Assembly: GCA_937989945.1 (NCBI GenBank)
Contig: CALKIG010000106.1
Coordinates: 2,925-66,924, forward strand
From: an uncultured Actinomycetes bacterium
GTDB lineage: Bacteria > Actinomycetota > Acidimicrobiia > Spongiisociales > ZC4RG35
Reading direction: 5' to 3'
Length of the DNA: 64,000 bases
Both the position numbers and the translations under genes were made by a program. Below the pieces are notes generated by a model, which had not been told where the DNA came from, ran no database searches, and was given only the letters and a program-made list of their open reading frames with translations. This document shows, piece after piece, positions 17,690 through 26,383 of this stretch (position 1 is the stretch's first letter; each line of letters begins with the position of its first letter).

Positions 17690-18369
17690 GCCGGCGAGCC
17701 AGCGCCGAGGGGCTCGGCACGAGTCTTCTGCTGTACGTGATCGTGGGGAGCGGTATCGCTGCAGAGACACTTGGCCGGGACCAAGCCGGACAGCTGATTG
17801 CGCACGCTCTGACAGTCGGCCTGGCCCTGGGAGTTCTCATCCTCCTCTTCCAAACCGTGTCCGGCTCCCACTTCAACCCCGCGGTGACCCTCGGCTTCTG
17901 GCGCACCGGGACCCTGACAGGCCGGGAGGCCGTTGGTTACGCGATCGCACAAGTTGTCGGAGCGTTGGCTGGCGTGGCGGCGGCCAACATCTCCTTTCAA
18001 CAGGCGCCTCTCGAGGTGTCGACAACGGCTCGTACTGGAGTCGGGCTGGTGTTTGCCGAAGCCATCGGCACTTTTGTCCTGGTCTTCGTGATCCTTGCCC
18101 TGGTCAGGCTGGGGAAAGAATCAACCATTCCGGCTGCTGTCGGTGCCTGGGTCGCAGCCATCGTGTTTGCCACCTCGTCGACAGGATTCGCCAATCCTGC
18201 GGTGACGCTCTCGAGAGTGTTCACAGATACCTACGCGGGCATCGACCCGGCGTCGGTCCCGGCGTTTCTGGTGGCTCAGGTCCTAGCGGGGTTCCTGGCT
18301 GCATATGCGACCCGATTCTTCTTCCCTGATCCAGCAAACCTCAACACAACCGACCTCAGGGGGTCATAG
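17686..18369 (+). CDS. MIP-family channel (aquaglyceroporin, AqpS-like candidate arsenite channel)
   Basis: 227 aa from ATG 17686 (ATGA overlap with the upstream stop). Two NPA boxes: HFNPAVTLGFW and FANPAVTLSRV. Confidence 0.85.
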   Translation: MSRRASAEGLGTSLLLYVIVGSGIAAETLGRDQAGQLIAHALTVGLALGVLILLFQTVSGSHFNPAVTLGFWRTGTLTGREAVGYAIAQVVGALAGVAAANISFQQAPLEVSTTARTGVGLVFAEAIGTFVLVFVILALVRLGKESTIPAAVGAWVAAIVFATSSTGFANPAVTLSRVFTDTYAGIDPASVPAFLVAQVLAGFLAAYATRFFFPDPANLNTTDLRGS

Positions 18370-18372
18370 ACA

Positions 18373-19014
18373 ATGCCCGTATCACTCTCCACCGCCGAGA
18401 TGCTGCAGATTCGTCAGGCAGCCGAGCGCCTCCAGCGACAATTCGATGGGCAGCTCAACGCCGAGACCATCGAGCGGTTCATGAACGATTCGCTGGGTGT
18501 GCTCCTCGAGCGGTCCAAGACGTCTCAATGGGTCCCTCTACTTGCCGAGCGCTTTGCCAGAGATCGCCTACGCGCACTGGTGCGTCTCGAAGCCGACACT
18601 TCGACTATGAATCCAAGCGTTTTGTTTCTATGCGTTCACAATGCAGGTCGATCGCAAATGGCCGCCGGGTGGATGCGTCATCTCGCCGGTGGGGAGGTAG
18701 ATGTCTTCTCAGGCGGATCGGAGCCTGCTGAGACGGTCAACGCAGTAGCGGTCGCGGCTATGGCCGAGAAGGGGATCGATATCACGTCCGAGATTCCGCA
18801 GCCTTGGTCTGATGAGATTGTCCGCGCTGCGGATGTAGTCGTGACGATGGGATGTGGCGATGCCTGCCCCGTGTTCCCGGGGAACAGATACGTCGACTGG
18901 GAGCTCGAGGACCCCTCGGGCAAGGACCTCGATCAGGTGCGACCGATCAGGGACGAGATAGAAGAGCGAGTGCGAGGCCTACTTGCCGACATCAAGACGT
19001 CTGCACGAGCCTGA
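18373..19014 (+). CDS. arsC: arsenate reductase, LMW-PTP family, with about 80-aa N-terminal helical extension
   Basis: 213 aa. P-loop LCVHNAGRSQMAAG and TMGCGDACP. Starts 3 nt after the channel gene stop. Confidence 0.85.
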   Translation: MPVSLSTAEMLQIRQAAERLQRQFDGQLNAETIERFMNDSLGVLLERSKTSQWVPLLAERFARDRLRALVRLEADTSTMNPSVLFLCVHNAGRSQMAAGWMRHLAGGEVDVFSGGSEPAETVNAVAVAAMAEKGIDITSEIPQPWSDEIVRAADVVVTMGCGDACPVFPGNRYVDWELEDPSGKDLDQVRPIRDEIEERVRGLLADIKTSARA

Positions 19015-19016
19015 GC

Positions 19017-19484
19017 TCAGGAGGCCATCGAGCGAAGCATCCAGGCCACCTTCTCGTGGACGTCGATCCGTTGAGTAGCGAGATCGGCGGTGGCGACATC
19101 CCCGTGTTTCTCGGCTGAGACAACAACGCCCCGTGCCGTTCGCACCACCGCCTCGTTGCCCCGAACCAGCCCCTTTACCATCTCGATCGCCTCAGGGGCG
19201 CCTTCCTCGTCGTCCACAGAGGCAAGACTGGCGAACTCCTTGTAGCTACCAGGAGCGATGTGCCCGAGAGACCTGATTCGCTCGGCAATCACGTCGACGG
19301 CGTCACGTAGTTCCATGTACTCCTCCTCGAACATGAGATGGAGCGATCGAAACATCGGGCCGGTCACATTCCAGTGATAGCCATGGGTCTTGACATAGAG
19401 CGTGTACGTGTCTGCCAGGAGCCTTTCCAGGCCCTCGGCGACCTCCTCACGCGCTTCCTCGGAAAGACCAGTGTCGAGTTTCAT
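19017..19484 (-). CDS. dps: Dps family DNA-binding ferritin-like protein
   Basis: 155 aa. LLADTYTLYVKTHGYHWNVTGPMFRSLHLMFEEEY is the canonical Dps ferroxidase region. Confidence 0.9.
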   Translation of the reverse strand: MKLDTGLSEEAREEVAEGLERLLADTYTLYVKTHGYHWNVTGPMFRSLHLMFEEEYMELRDAVDVIAERIRSLGHIAPGSYKEFASLASVDDEEGAPEAIEMVKGLVRGNEAVVRTARGVVVSAEKHGDVATADLATQRIDVHEKVAWMLRSMAS

Positions 19485-19596
19485 TGTGTTCTCCTTTCTC
19501 CGTAACCATCGAGGCGACAGGTTCGGGTGGCTAGAGACAATGGTTGTGTCCGGATGGGTCGTTAGTCACTGGCCCATGGTTACCCCCTGGTGTTAG

Positions 19597-20244
19597 ATGG
19601 GAGAGAACGAGCCTGGAGGCGACTTCACCGTGCCAACTAGATACCTGCTGTATCTCGCTGCATTGTGGGCATTGATTGGCCTGATAGTGGCTTTCGTCAT
19701 GCGTCGGCGAGGCCACAACCTGGGCCTTTGGATGCTCCTCGGCGTCGTCCTCGGGCCATTCTCCATTCCTTTGGCGATAGAACGCGTGCGTTTCCACAGC
19801 GAGGAGAGGAAGCAGAGCTCTCCTACCTCGATGCCGCCCCGCACCGGCTTCGACCTGCTGGTCGGCATCGATGGATCGGATGAGTCTCAGGCGGCATTGA
19901 GCAGGGCCCTCGACCTCTTTGGGTGGCAGCTATCGGGCATAACCCTGGCCACAGTCCTCGACTACGACCTCGAGCATCCGCCGGAAGCCGAAGTGGAGCG
20001 ATCCGAAGCGCTAGACATGCTCGAGAAGATCGCAGCCAATCTGGACTTCGAGCCGGTTGACGCGAGGCTGTTATATGGGAGAGCGGATGTGGCGCTCATT
20101 GACCATGCCCGCGCCGCCGGGATGGAGCTCATCGTCGTTGGTGCCAAAGGACGTGGCGCCACCGAAGCGCTGTTCGGCAGTGTGACCAGCAGGCTTGTCG
20201 GTGGGAGCGAAGTCCCGGTCTTCGTCGGACCCAAGACCGGCTGA
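19597..20244 (+). CDS. membrane-anchored universal stress protein
   Basis: 215 aa. Two N-terminal TM helices, then a USP domain ending LIVVGAKGRGATEALFGSVTSRLV. Confidence 0.75.
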   Translation: MGENEPGGDFTVPTRYLLYLAALWALIGLIVAFVMRRRGHNLGLWMLLGVVLGPFSIPLAIERVRFHSEERKQSSPTSMPPRTGFDLLVGIDGSDESQAALSRALDLFGWQLSGITLATVLDYDLEHPPEAEVERSEALDMLEKIAANLDFEPVDARLLYGRADVALIDHARAAGMELIVVGAKGRGATEALFGSVTSRLVGGSEVPVFVGPKTG

Positions 20245-20265
20245 CCGAGGGCGCCGAAGCTTTCA

Positions 20266-20853
20266 TCAAAACGTGAGCCGCACGATCGGGCGGCTGTCGT
20301 TGCGCCTAAGGACTTCGACGAAGCCCTGATCCTCGAACATCCTCATGGTTCCCGTGAACAGGTCTACGGCCGACGAGCGGTACCCATCGACCGGGTAGGC
20401 CTCCAAGGTCATTGCCCCGGAGGCCCTGGCATACGCGATGGCGGCGTCGAGCAGGCCTGCTCCGATCCCTTTCCGCCGGTTCCCTGCCTTCACTACAAAG
20501 CAGTTGATCGACCACACTTCCTCATCATCGACCCGCTTGAGAAGCCTTGATCGGTCGAGAGTGGGAAAGACAGCGCGTGGGCCGACCTGGACCCATCCCA
20601 GCGGCTCATCGTCGACATAACCGAGGAGCCCGGGGGGTGGACCGTCGGCGACGACATCGAAATACCGATCTCGATTGTCTCTCTCCTCGGGATAGCCGCC
20701 GTCGGGCCTCCTCCAATGCATGCAGAAGCAGCGTCGCGCCACGCCTCTCTCCCCAAAGACGGCCTCCATGTCGCCGAACCGTTCGGGGACAAGAGGACGG
20801 GACACCATTGGGCCTGCCTCCGTCTCCGCGATGTGGGACCACTCCATCGTCAT
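20266..20853 (-). CDS. GNAT family N-acetyltransferase (CxCMxWR subgroup)
   Basis: Acetyl-CoA loop NRRKGIGAGLLDAAIAYA; unusual ARRCFCMHWRR motif. The ATG at 20853 overlaps the stop of the small upstream ORF (ATGA). An alternative ATG at 20877 would overlap it by 28 nt. Confidence 0.75.
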   Translation of the reverse strand: MTMEWSHIAETEAGPMVSRPLVPERFGDMEAVFGERGVARRCFCMHWRRPDGGYPEERDNRDRYFDVVADGPPPGLLGYVDDEPLGWVQVGPRAVFPTLDRSRLLKRVDDEEVWSINCFVVKAGNRRKGIGAGLLDAAIAYARASGAMTLEAYPVDGYRSSAVDLFTGTMRMFEDQGFVEVLRRNDSRPIVRLTF

Positions 20854-21032
20854 GCAGTCAACTCGTCGTAGGGGCATCCGGACGGGAAAACGACCTCGAC
20901 GACCACGGCCTCAGGCTGAGATGAAACCGACGGCTCGTCGGTGGTGTGGCGGATCGCGAAACGTCGCAGGGACCGCTCGAGGCGGTCCTGGTTGACCTTG
21001 CGGACGTATTCGTAACTCTGCATGTGGAACAT
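20850..21032 (-). CDS. hypothetical 60-aa protein translationally coupled to the GNAT gene
   Basis: ATG 21032 (or 21023) preceded by AGAGGA. High third-position G/C by eye. The TGA overlaps the GNAT ATG. No family recognised. It is the only part of the 247-aa antisense ORF that does not overlap the WYL gene. Confidence 0.4.
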   Translation of the reverse strand: MFHMQSYEYVRKVNQDRLERSLRRFAIRHTTDEPSVSSQPEAVVVEVVFPSGCPYDELTA

Positions 21033-21074
21033 GTCTTTTTTTCCTCTTTCTACGTCCTCTGACGCTACAAATAA

Positions 21075-21097
21075 ATGCGGACGGATACAGTCCGCAT
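21075..21097. promoter_or_regulatory. perfect inverted repeat ATGCGGAC-N7-GTCCGCAT in the divergent intergenic region (candidate WYL-regulator operator)
   Basis: 8-bp arms and a 7-nt spacer, in an AT-rich 86-nt gap between the small ORF (21032) and the WYL regulator start (21119). Confidence 0.5.
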
Positions 21098-21118
21098 AAT
21101 CGAGAAGGATCCTGTTGA

Positions 21119-22090
21119 ATGGACAGCGCTGAACGACTGTTGAAGCTCCTTGGGCTCCTCGAAGGACGGATCGACTGGACCTCTCAGGAGCTGGCCCGAA
21201 GACTCGACGTGACCCCCCGGACCGTCCGGCGGGACGTGACCCGACTGCGCAATCTCGGGTATCCGGTCGAGGCCGTCGCCGGACCCGGCGGTGGGTACCG
21301 GCTGGGAGCAGGAGGAAAGCTCCCACCCCTCCTCCTCGACGATGATGAGGCACTGGCCGTGGCCCTCGGGCTCCGTGTCGCAACCAGCACCGCGGTGGGT
21401 GGGCTGGAGGATGCGTCGCTCTCAGCGCTGTCGAAGTTGGAGCAGGTGCTGCCGCCTCGGTTGCGCCGCCGCCTGGAGGACATCTCTGAGTCGACGGTCT
21501 CCACTCTCCCGCTACCAGCCAACCGTGTCGACCACGGGGCCCTAGCTTCGACCGCGGGAGCAATCCACTCCCGACAACGGCTCCGGTTTGCATACACAGA
21601 CGGTGAAGGTCGCCGCTCAGAGCGCCACATGGAGCCTCATCGCCTCGTTCACACCGGCCGCAGGTGGTATCTGGTGGGCTTCGACCTCGACCGCGACGAC
21701 TGGCGAACCTTCCGATTGGACCGGGTCACTGAGCCCCGGGCAACCGGGTTCAAGATCGCCAACCGAAAGGCACCCGATCCTGTTGCACTCGTTCAGAAGG
21801 GAATCGCCATCGACGCATGGAGTCACCGGGCCGAAGTACGGCTGGGTGTGACGGCTGAGGTTGCGAGCAAGTATGTGCCGGCCACCATTGGATTGGTTGA
21901 GGCCGAAGGCAACCACTCACGCTTGACGATCGGGGCCGACGACCTCGGCTGGCTGGCACGCTACCTGCTGAATCTCCCCTTCGAGTTCGATGTGCAAAGC
22001 CCGGAGGCCCTGCGCGAAGAGCTCATGACCCTCGGCGAAAAGCTCCTAGAGCGCTACAGAGGCGGCCCGGCTGGTGCAGAGGCCCGCTAG
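21119..22090 (+). CDS. YafY-family transcriptional regulator (HTH + WYL domain)
   Basis: 323 aa. N-terminal ERLLKLLGLLEGRIDWTSQELARRLDVTPRTVRRDVTRLRNLGYPV. The WYL core reads HRLVHTGRRWYLVGFDLDRDDWRTFRLDRV. Confidence 0.85.
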   Translation: MDSAERLLKLLGLLEGRIDWTSQELARRLDVTPRTVRRDVTRLRNLGYPVEAVAGPGGGYRLGAGGKLPPLLLDDDEALAVALGLRVATSTAVGGLEDASLSALSKLEQVLPPRLRRRLEDISESTVSTLPLPANRVDHGALASTAGAIHSRQRLRFAYTDGEGRRSERHMEPHRLVHTGRRWYLVGFDLDRDDWRTFRLDRVTEPRATGFKIANRKAPDPVALVQKGIAIDAWSHRAEVRLGVTAEVASKYVPATIGLVEAEGNHSRLTIGADDLGWLARYLLNLPFEFDVQSPEALREELMTLGEKLLERYRGGPAGAEAR

Positions 22091-22159
22091 GCCGGCACCC
22101 GAATCGGTTGGGCACAAAGACCCTAGACACCAGCGACTCGTCTCGGGCACAGTTGAACC

Positions 22160-22645
22160 ATGAGCACAGAGCAACGAACGGCTGCCACGACCGTCGAGCC
22201 GGCAGTCCCCAACGAGCCAAGTCTCACAGGGGCGCGCGCCCGGCGAATCGAGCTTCGTGAGGCCATGGCCGACCTCGAGGTTGCCGCAGCGCGGGCCACC
22301 GCTTCTCCCGACTGGGTGGCCCGAGTCGAGGTCGCCCTCCTCGGCCTGAGTGCCGCCGTTGACGCCCATGCCGTCGAAGTCGAAGCAGAGAGCGGGATCC
22401 TTGCGGATGTCCTGGAGAAGGCGCCGAGGCTGGAGTATCAGGTGGGCACGATGCGATCGGACCACGACGAGCTCCGTGAGTCATGCCAGAATCTGCTCGC
22501 AAGGCTGCATCAGGAGCCTGCGCCCGACGCAAAGGTGATCCGACGCAAGGTGATCTCTCTCCTGGGGAGGTTGACGCTGCATCGGCAGCAGGGCTCCGAG
22601 CTGGTTTTCGACGCATACAACGTGGACATCGGATCAGGTGACTGA
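22160..22645 (+). CDS. hypothetical helical protein (161 aa), conserved-actinobacterial look
   Basis: Coding-like composition. The C-terminus LLGRLTLHRQQGSELVFDAYNVDIG recalls a family I cannot name. Confidence 0.6.
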   Translation: MSTEQRTAATTVEPAVPNEPSLTGARARRIELREAMADLEVAAARATASPDWVARVEVALLGLSAAVDAHAVEVEAESGILADVLEKAPRLEYQVGTMRSDHDELRESCQNLLARLHQEPAPDAKVIRRKVISLLGRLTLHRQQGSELVFDAYNVDIGSGD

Positions 22646-22696
22646 TTTCCGGCGATGCCGGTGTGAACTGACCTCACTGGCCGACAAGGATGCGAG

Positions 22697-22936
22697 GTGA
22701 GCATGGACCCGAATAGAGACGATCCTTCATTGGAGAGAGCACGGGAAGAGGCCGAGGGAACCGAGCTCCAGGAGGACCCAGCGCGGTCCCGAGCACTCGA
22801 ACGAGAGCGCGAGGAGGCGCAAGGTGTCGAGCTGTTCGAAGACCCGGACGCCACCGTCCCCCGCTCCCGGTTCAGCGAAGGCGAGCCACCTGAAGAAGAC
22901 GACGACTTCGAGGATGAGCACAGAGACGAGAGCTGA
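22697..22936 (+). CDS. hypothetical highly acidic small protein with an internal duplicated LERxREEAxGxELxEDP unit
   Basis: 79 aa (GTG 22697, or ATG 22703). About 40 % D/E. Repeat units SLERAREEAEGTELQEDP and ALEREREEAQGVELFEDP. Confidence 0.5.
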   Translation: MSMDPNRDDPSLERAREEAEGTELQEDPARSRALEREREEAQGVELFEDPDATVPRSRFSEGEPPEEDDDFEDEHRDES

Positions 22937-22969
22937 GCCTCAGGAGTCCTGAACTGTGGCTGTGACCTA

Positions 22970-23281
22970 TCAGTCGCGTATGCGCCGGATGTTCAACCAC
23001 GCGCCGACGATGGGTCCTGCCGCAAGAATCGCCGCTACCACGACGCCCACGACGAAATTGTGGTCGAACAGCTCTTCGAGGGTCGCTTCGTAGCCCTGGT
23101 CGATTCCTGAGAAAATGACCACATTCACGGCTACCACGGCGGCCAAGACCGATCCGGCCAGCCCCCCTACCAGGCCATGGAGGGCTGTCCTCGGCCAGGA
23201 TGGAGAATCGTCATCCGACGATTCTCGACGCTCATCACGGCCGTACCTGTGGTCCATTCTCATCATGGCCGTCTCCTCCAA
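22970..23281 (-). CDS. hypothetical membrane protein (2 TM)
   Basis: 103 aa. Charged N-terminus followed by two hydrophobic helices (LVGGLAGSVLAAVVAVNVVIF and VVGVVVAAILAAGPIVGAWL). Confidence 0.55.
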   Translation of the reverse strand: MEETAMMRMDHRYGRDERRESSDDDSPSWPRTALHGLVGGLAGSVLAAVVAVNVVIFSGIDQGYEATLEELFDHNFVVGVVVAAILAAGPIVGAWLNIRRIRD

Positions 23282-23375
23282 CGTCGCGATCTCATCTGCC
23301 TCATGATCGAATGGCGCCGAGGGTCTTGGTAGAGGAACAAGTCCCGACAGGCGGTGAGAATCGTCACCCCTCTCG

Positions 23376-24371
23376 TCAGATGATGCCCGCCCAGAGGTAG
23401 AAGGCGCCGTAGGTCAGCACCAGAAGAGCACCGCTCTTCCAGTCATGACGCTGTCTGATCATGAGGACGACAACGGCCACGAGAACGGCGCCGGCGGCCA
23501 CTAGTGCACCTCGCATTGCGAGGCTCGCCGTCACAGCGACCGGTGCAATGAGCGGTCCGGCCGCAAGTGAGAGCGTGGAGTCGAGAAAACTGCTGCCCAC
23601 GATGTCGCCGATGGCGAGCTCCGACTGCCCGCTCCGCACAGCCCCGATCGTCACGAACAACTCAGGCAGAGAGGTGCCTATCGAAGCCAGGAAGAAGGCG
23701 ATGATGAACTCTGGTATCGAAAGAGCTTCGGCAAGCACCGTCATGCCCCAGACGGCTGCGAGCGCGGCTCCAGCCACGACGACGAGCGCCAGCAGGACGA
23801 CCACCGCCTTTCGCGCCTTGTTGCTCGCCTCGAGGGGAAGGTCGAGTTGGGTGCCTTCTGGCGAACGGCCCCACACGATGGAGCTGCCCAATGCCCACGC
23901 CGCAAGCAGGACAACCGCATCGATCCGGGAGATGAAACCATCCGCCATCAAAGCGAGACCGAAGAGCAGAGCCGCGATCGTGGTCGCCCCGAAGCGGGAG
24001 AGACGGGCACGCGAGACTGCAAAACCGGTGCCCACGATGATGGGTAGCAGCCCGAGAACCAAGGTGACCTGAGTCGCAGCGGACCCGATCGAATCGCCTA
24101 CGTTCAAGTCACCGTGATCGGTCAATGACGCGACGATCGAGTTGGCTATCTCCGGCAAATCGGTTCCCAACGCCAAGAGGGTGAAACCGATCACGAACCT
24201 CGGGATCCGTGTTCCGGCAGCGAGCTCGGTCGCGTTGGTGACCGCCCGATTCGACGCGAGTACTGCCACGACGAAGCCCGCTGCCACGACAAGTGACGCA
24301 AGAGCGATATCGAGTGCCGGATTGGAGGTCAGGCCCACTCGTTCACGATCGGGCCCCGGCTTCGCAACCAC
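23376..24371 (-). CDS. CaCA-family cation:cation antiporter (YrbG-like sodium/calcium exchanger)
   Basis: 331 aa. Duplicated alpha-repeat motifs GTDLPEIANSIVAS and GTSLPELFVTIGAV. GTG start. Confidence 0.85.
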   Translation of the reverse strand: MVAKPGPDRERVGLTSNPALDIALASLVVAAGFVVAVLASNRAVTNATELAAGTRIPRFVIGFTLLALGTDLPEIANSIVASLTDHGDLNVGDSIGSAATQVTLVLGLLPIIVGTGFAVSRARLSRFGATTIAALLFGLALMADGFISRIDAVVLLAAWALGSSIVWGRSPEGTQLDLPLEASNKARKAVVVLLALVVVAGAALAAVWGMTVLAEALSIPEFIIAFFLASIGTSLPELFVTIGAVRSGQSELAIGDIVGSSFLDSTLSLAAGPLIAPVAVTASLAMRGALVAAGAVLVAVVVLMIRQRHDWKSGALLVLTYGAFYLWAGII

Positions 24372-24431
24372 AAGGGCAAGAATGCCCTCGCGGTTACGCG
24401 AACGTCATGTGTTCAGCCGACTCCGGCTGGG

Positions 24432-25088
24432 TCAGTGCTTGACTTCGAGGGCACCAAACAAGACGGTGGCCCCGATCGTCAGGTGAGGTGCGTCCGCAGG
24501 CACAGAGTCCTTTGCCGTCGCGTTCTCAAATCCCCCGAAGATCGGGAAGCCATTGATGTCAACTCGCCAACCCTGTGGCACTCTGACCTCGACCCCTCCG
24601 AAGGCCGCAAACACATCGAGCGTGGCTCCCGGAGCGAGCCCCGCATCGCGCAGATCGAGCTCTGCGCCCCCAAAGACGGCTCCCACTCTGCCACCCTGGA
24701 ATCCCTTGGAGTGGGATGCCATCTCGCTCCCCGCGAACAGGCTGAAGCTGGCAACCGAATCCCCCGCCTCTGTCCTGCCTGAGAGCGAGTCCCGCCCGAA
24801 GAGCAGGAACAACCCAACGAGAATCACCACGACCGGGATGACGAATCCGAGGCTGTCGATCACGCCGGTCGTGCGCAGGAGCACCCCACCCCCGCCAAGT
24901 ATCAGGATCGCAGGGACCACCCAATGCCGTGGGTTGGCCGCAAGCCCTATGACACCCGCTGCCACAAGCACAATCGGCCACCACGTGCCGATGACCTCAC
25001 CCGCGTCGAGCACGTCCAGGTTGTCGAGCAGCAGCAGTGTGCCTACGGCGATCACGAGTATCCCGAAAAAGGCCCGTGCCCAGTTCAT
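24432..25088 (-). CDS. LiaF-like / DUF2154-type cell-envelope stress membrane protein
   Basis: 218 aa. Four N-terminal TM helices plus a C-terminal beta-rich domain (FGGVEVRVPQGWRV...LFGALEVK), typical of the LiaF C-terminal domain. Confidence 0.7.
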   Translation of the reverse strand: MNWARAFFGILVIAVGTLLLLDNLDVLDAGEVIGTWWPIVLVAAGVIGLAANPRHWVVPAILILGGGGVLLRTTGVIDSLGFVIPVVVILVGLFLLFGRDSLSGRTEAGDSVASFSLFAGSEMASHSKGFQGGRVGAVFGGAELDLRDAGLAPGATLDVFAAFGGVEVRVPQGWRVDINGFPIFGGFENATAKDSVPADAPHLTIGATVLFGALEVKH

Positions 25089-25296
25089 GGTTCTCCTTAT
25101 CGGTGACGACTCACATGTTCAGCGAGTGATCGCTCCACTCTATTGGATGCGAGCAGACCCTCACTCAGTCTTGATCCCGAGTCGATCTGTCACCGGCGAC
25201 CGGGAACAGAAGAGACTCGAGAGGAGGACAGCACACACATCTTGCCAATTGGCATCGAATTCTCCCTGTCCGCCCTGACCAATACCATTCCCGTCA

Positions 25297-26298
25297 ATGG
25301 AACTAGCAGTCTTCAGCGCGAAGCCATACGACGAGGATTACCTCACGTCCGCCAACGAGGCTCATGGTCACGAGCTGGTCTTCTTGGAGGCTCGCCTCGA
25401 TCCCGACACGGCAACCCTGGCCTCAGGCAAAGAGGCGGTGAGCATCTTCGTCAACGACATAGCGAGCCGGCCGGTGCTCGAGACGCTGGCACACCACGGA
25501 ACCCGGCTACTCGCACTGCGATCCGCGGGATTCAATCACGTCGACCTCGAGGCGGCCGCCGATTCGGGGTTGACCGTCGTTCGCGTACCTGAGTACTCGC
25601 CCTACGCCGTCGCAGAGTTCACCGTCGGCATGATGCTTGCGCTAGGTCGCAAGTATCACCGGGCCCAGAACCGGGTGCGTGAGGGGAACTTCTCGCTCGA
25701 AGGGCTGATGGGCTTCGATCTGCACAGCCGGACAGTTGGGATCGTCGGCACCGGAAAGATCGGTCTCGTGCTAGCCGCCATCCTGAGAGGCTTCGGCTGC
25801 CGGGTCGTTGCATACGATCCATACCCGAGTGACGAGGCGGTTGCCCTAGGCGTCACGTACATGAGCCTCGACGACCTTCTGGGGGCATCCGACATCGTCA
25901 CGCTTCACTGTCCCCTGACCCCAGAGACGCATCACTTGGTCAACGAGGAAACACTGCAGCGAATGAAACCAGGTGTGGTGCTGATCAACACGAGCAGGGG
26001 GGCCTTGATCGACACCGAGGCAGTCATCGATGCCCTGAAGGAAGGCCGGATTGGCCATCTCGGGCTCGATGTCTACGAAGAGGAGAGCGACCTCTTCTTT
26101 GAAGACCGCTCTGACACGATCATCCAGGATGATGTCTTCTCGCGCCTCCTCACCTTTCCCAACGCTCTCGTTACGGGGCATCAGGCCTTCTTCACGCACA
26201 ACGCGATGGTCGAGATCGCGGAGACGACGATGGCAAACATCTCAGCATTCGCAGCCGGGCGGCTTTCCGGAAACGAGATATCGCTCGAGTCGACGTAG
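25297..26298 (+). CDS. ldhA: D-lactate dehydrogenase / D-isomer-specific 2-hydroxyacid dehydrogenase
   Basis: 333 aa. Begins [19 protein letters not shown] site [12 protein letters not shown]. Catalytic region [11 protein letters not shown]...HQAFFT. Confidence 0.88.
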   Translation: MELAVFSAKPYDEDYLTSANEAHGHELVFLEARLDPDTATLASGKEAVSIFVNDIASRPVLETLAHHGTRLLALRSAGFNHVDLEAAADSGLTVVRVPEYSPYAVAEFTVGMMLALGRKYHRAQNRVREGNFSLEGLMGFDLHSRTVGIVGTGKIGLVLAAILRGFGCRVVAYDPYPSDEAVALGVTYMSLDDLLGASDIVTLHCPLTPETHHLVNEETLQRMKPGVVLINTSRGALIDTEAVIDALKEGRIGHLGLDVYEEESDLFFEDRSDTIIQDDVFSRLLTFPNALVTGHQAFFTHNAMVEIAETTMANISAFAAGRLSGNEISLEST

Positions 26299-26383
26299 AT
26301 GCTGCGGCTCATGGTCTCTGCACTGCCCCGAGCGATGAGGTGCGGTGGCATCGTATGCTTGTTGTGATGCGCCAGATTCCACA

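Noticed and set aside
20266-21032. Calling the small ORF + GNAT a classic DUF1778/RHH - GNAT toxin-antitoxin pair
   Set aside because: The small protein shows no evident ribbon-helix-helix N-terminus. The GNAT is longer than TacT/AtaT-type toxins and carries a different CxCMxWR motif. It is kept only as a hypothesis in the findings.
21033-21593. N-terminal 187 codons of the 247-aa minus-strand ORF 20850..21593
   Set aside because: It is antisense to the WYL regulator gene and crosses the AT-rich promoter region. Only the last 60 codons (20850..21032), which have their own ATG and SD, were kept as a candidate gene.
25243-25254. Perfect 12-bp palindrome TGCCAATTGGCA 43 nt upstream of ldhA
   Set aside because: I could not tie it to a known regulator motif (it is not Rex-like) or to a convincing -35/-10 pair. 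It may still be an operator, but evidence is insufficient to call a feature.
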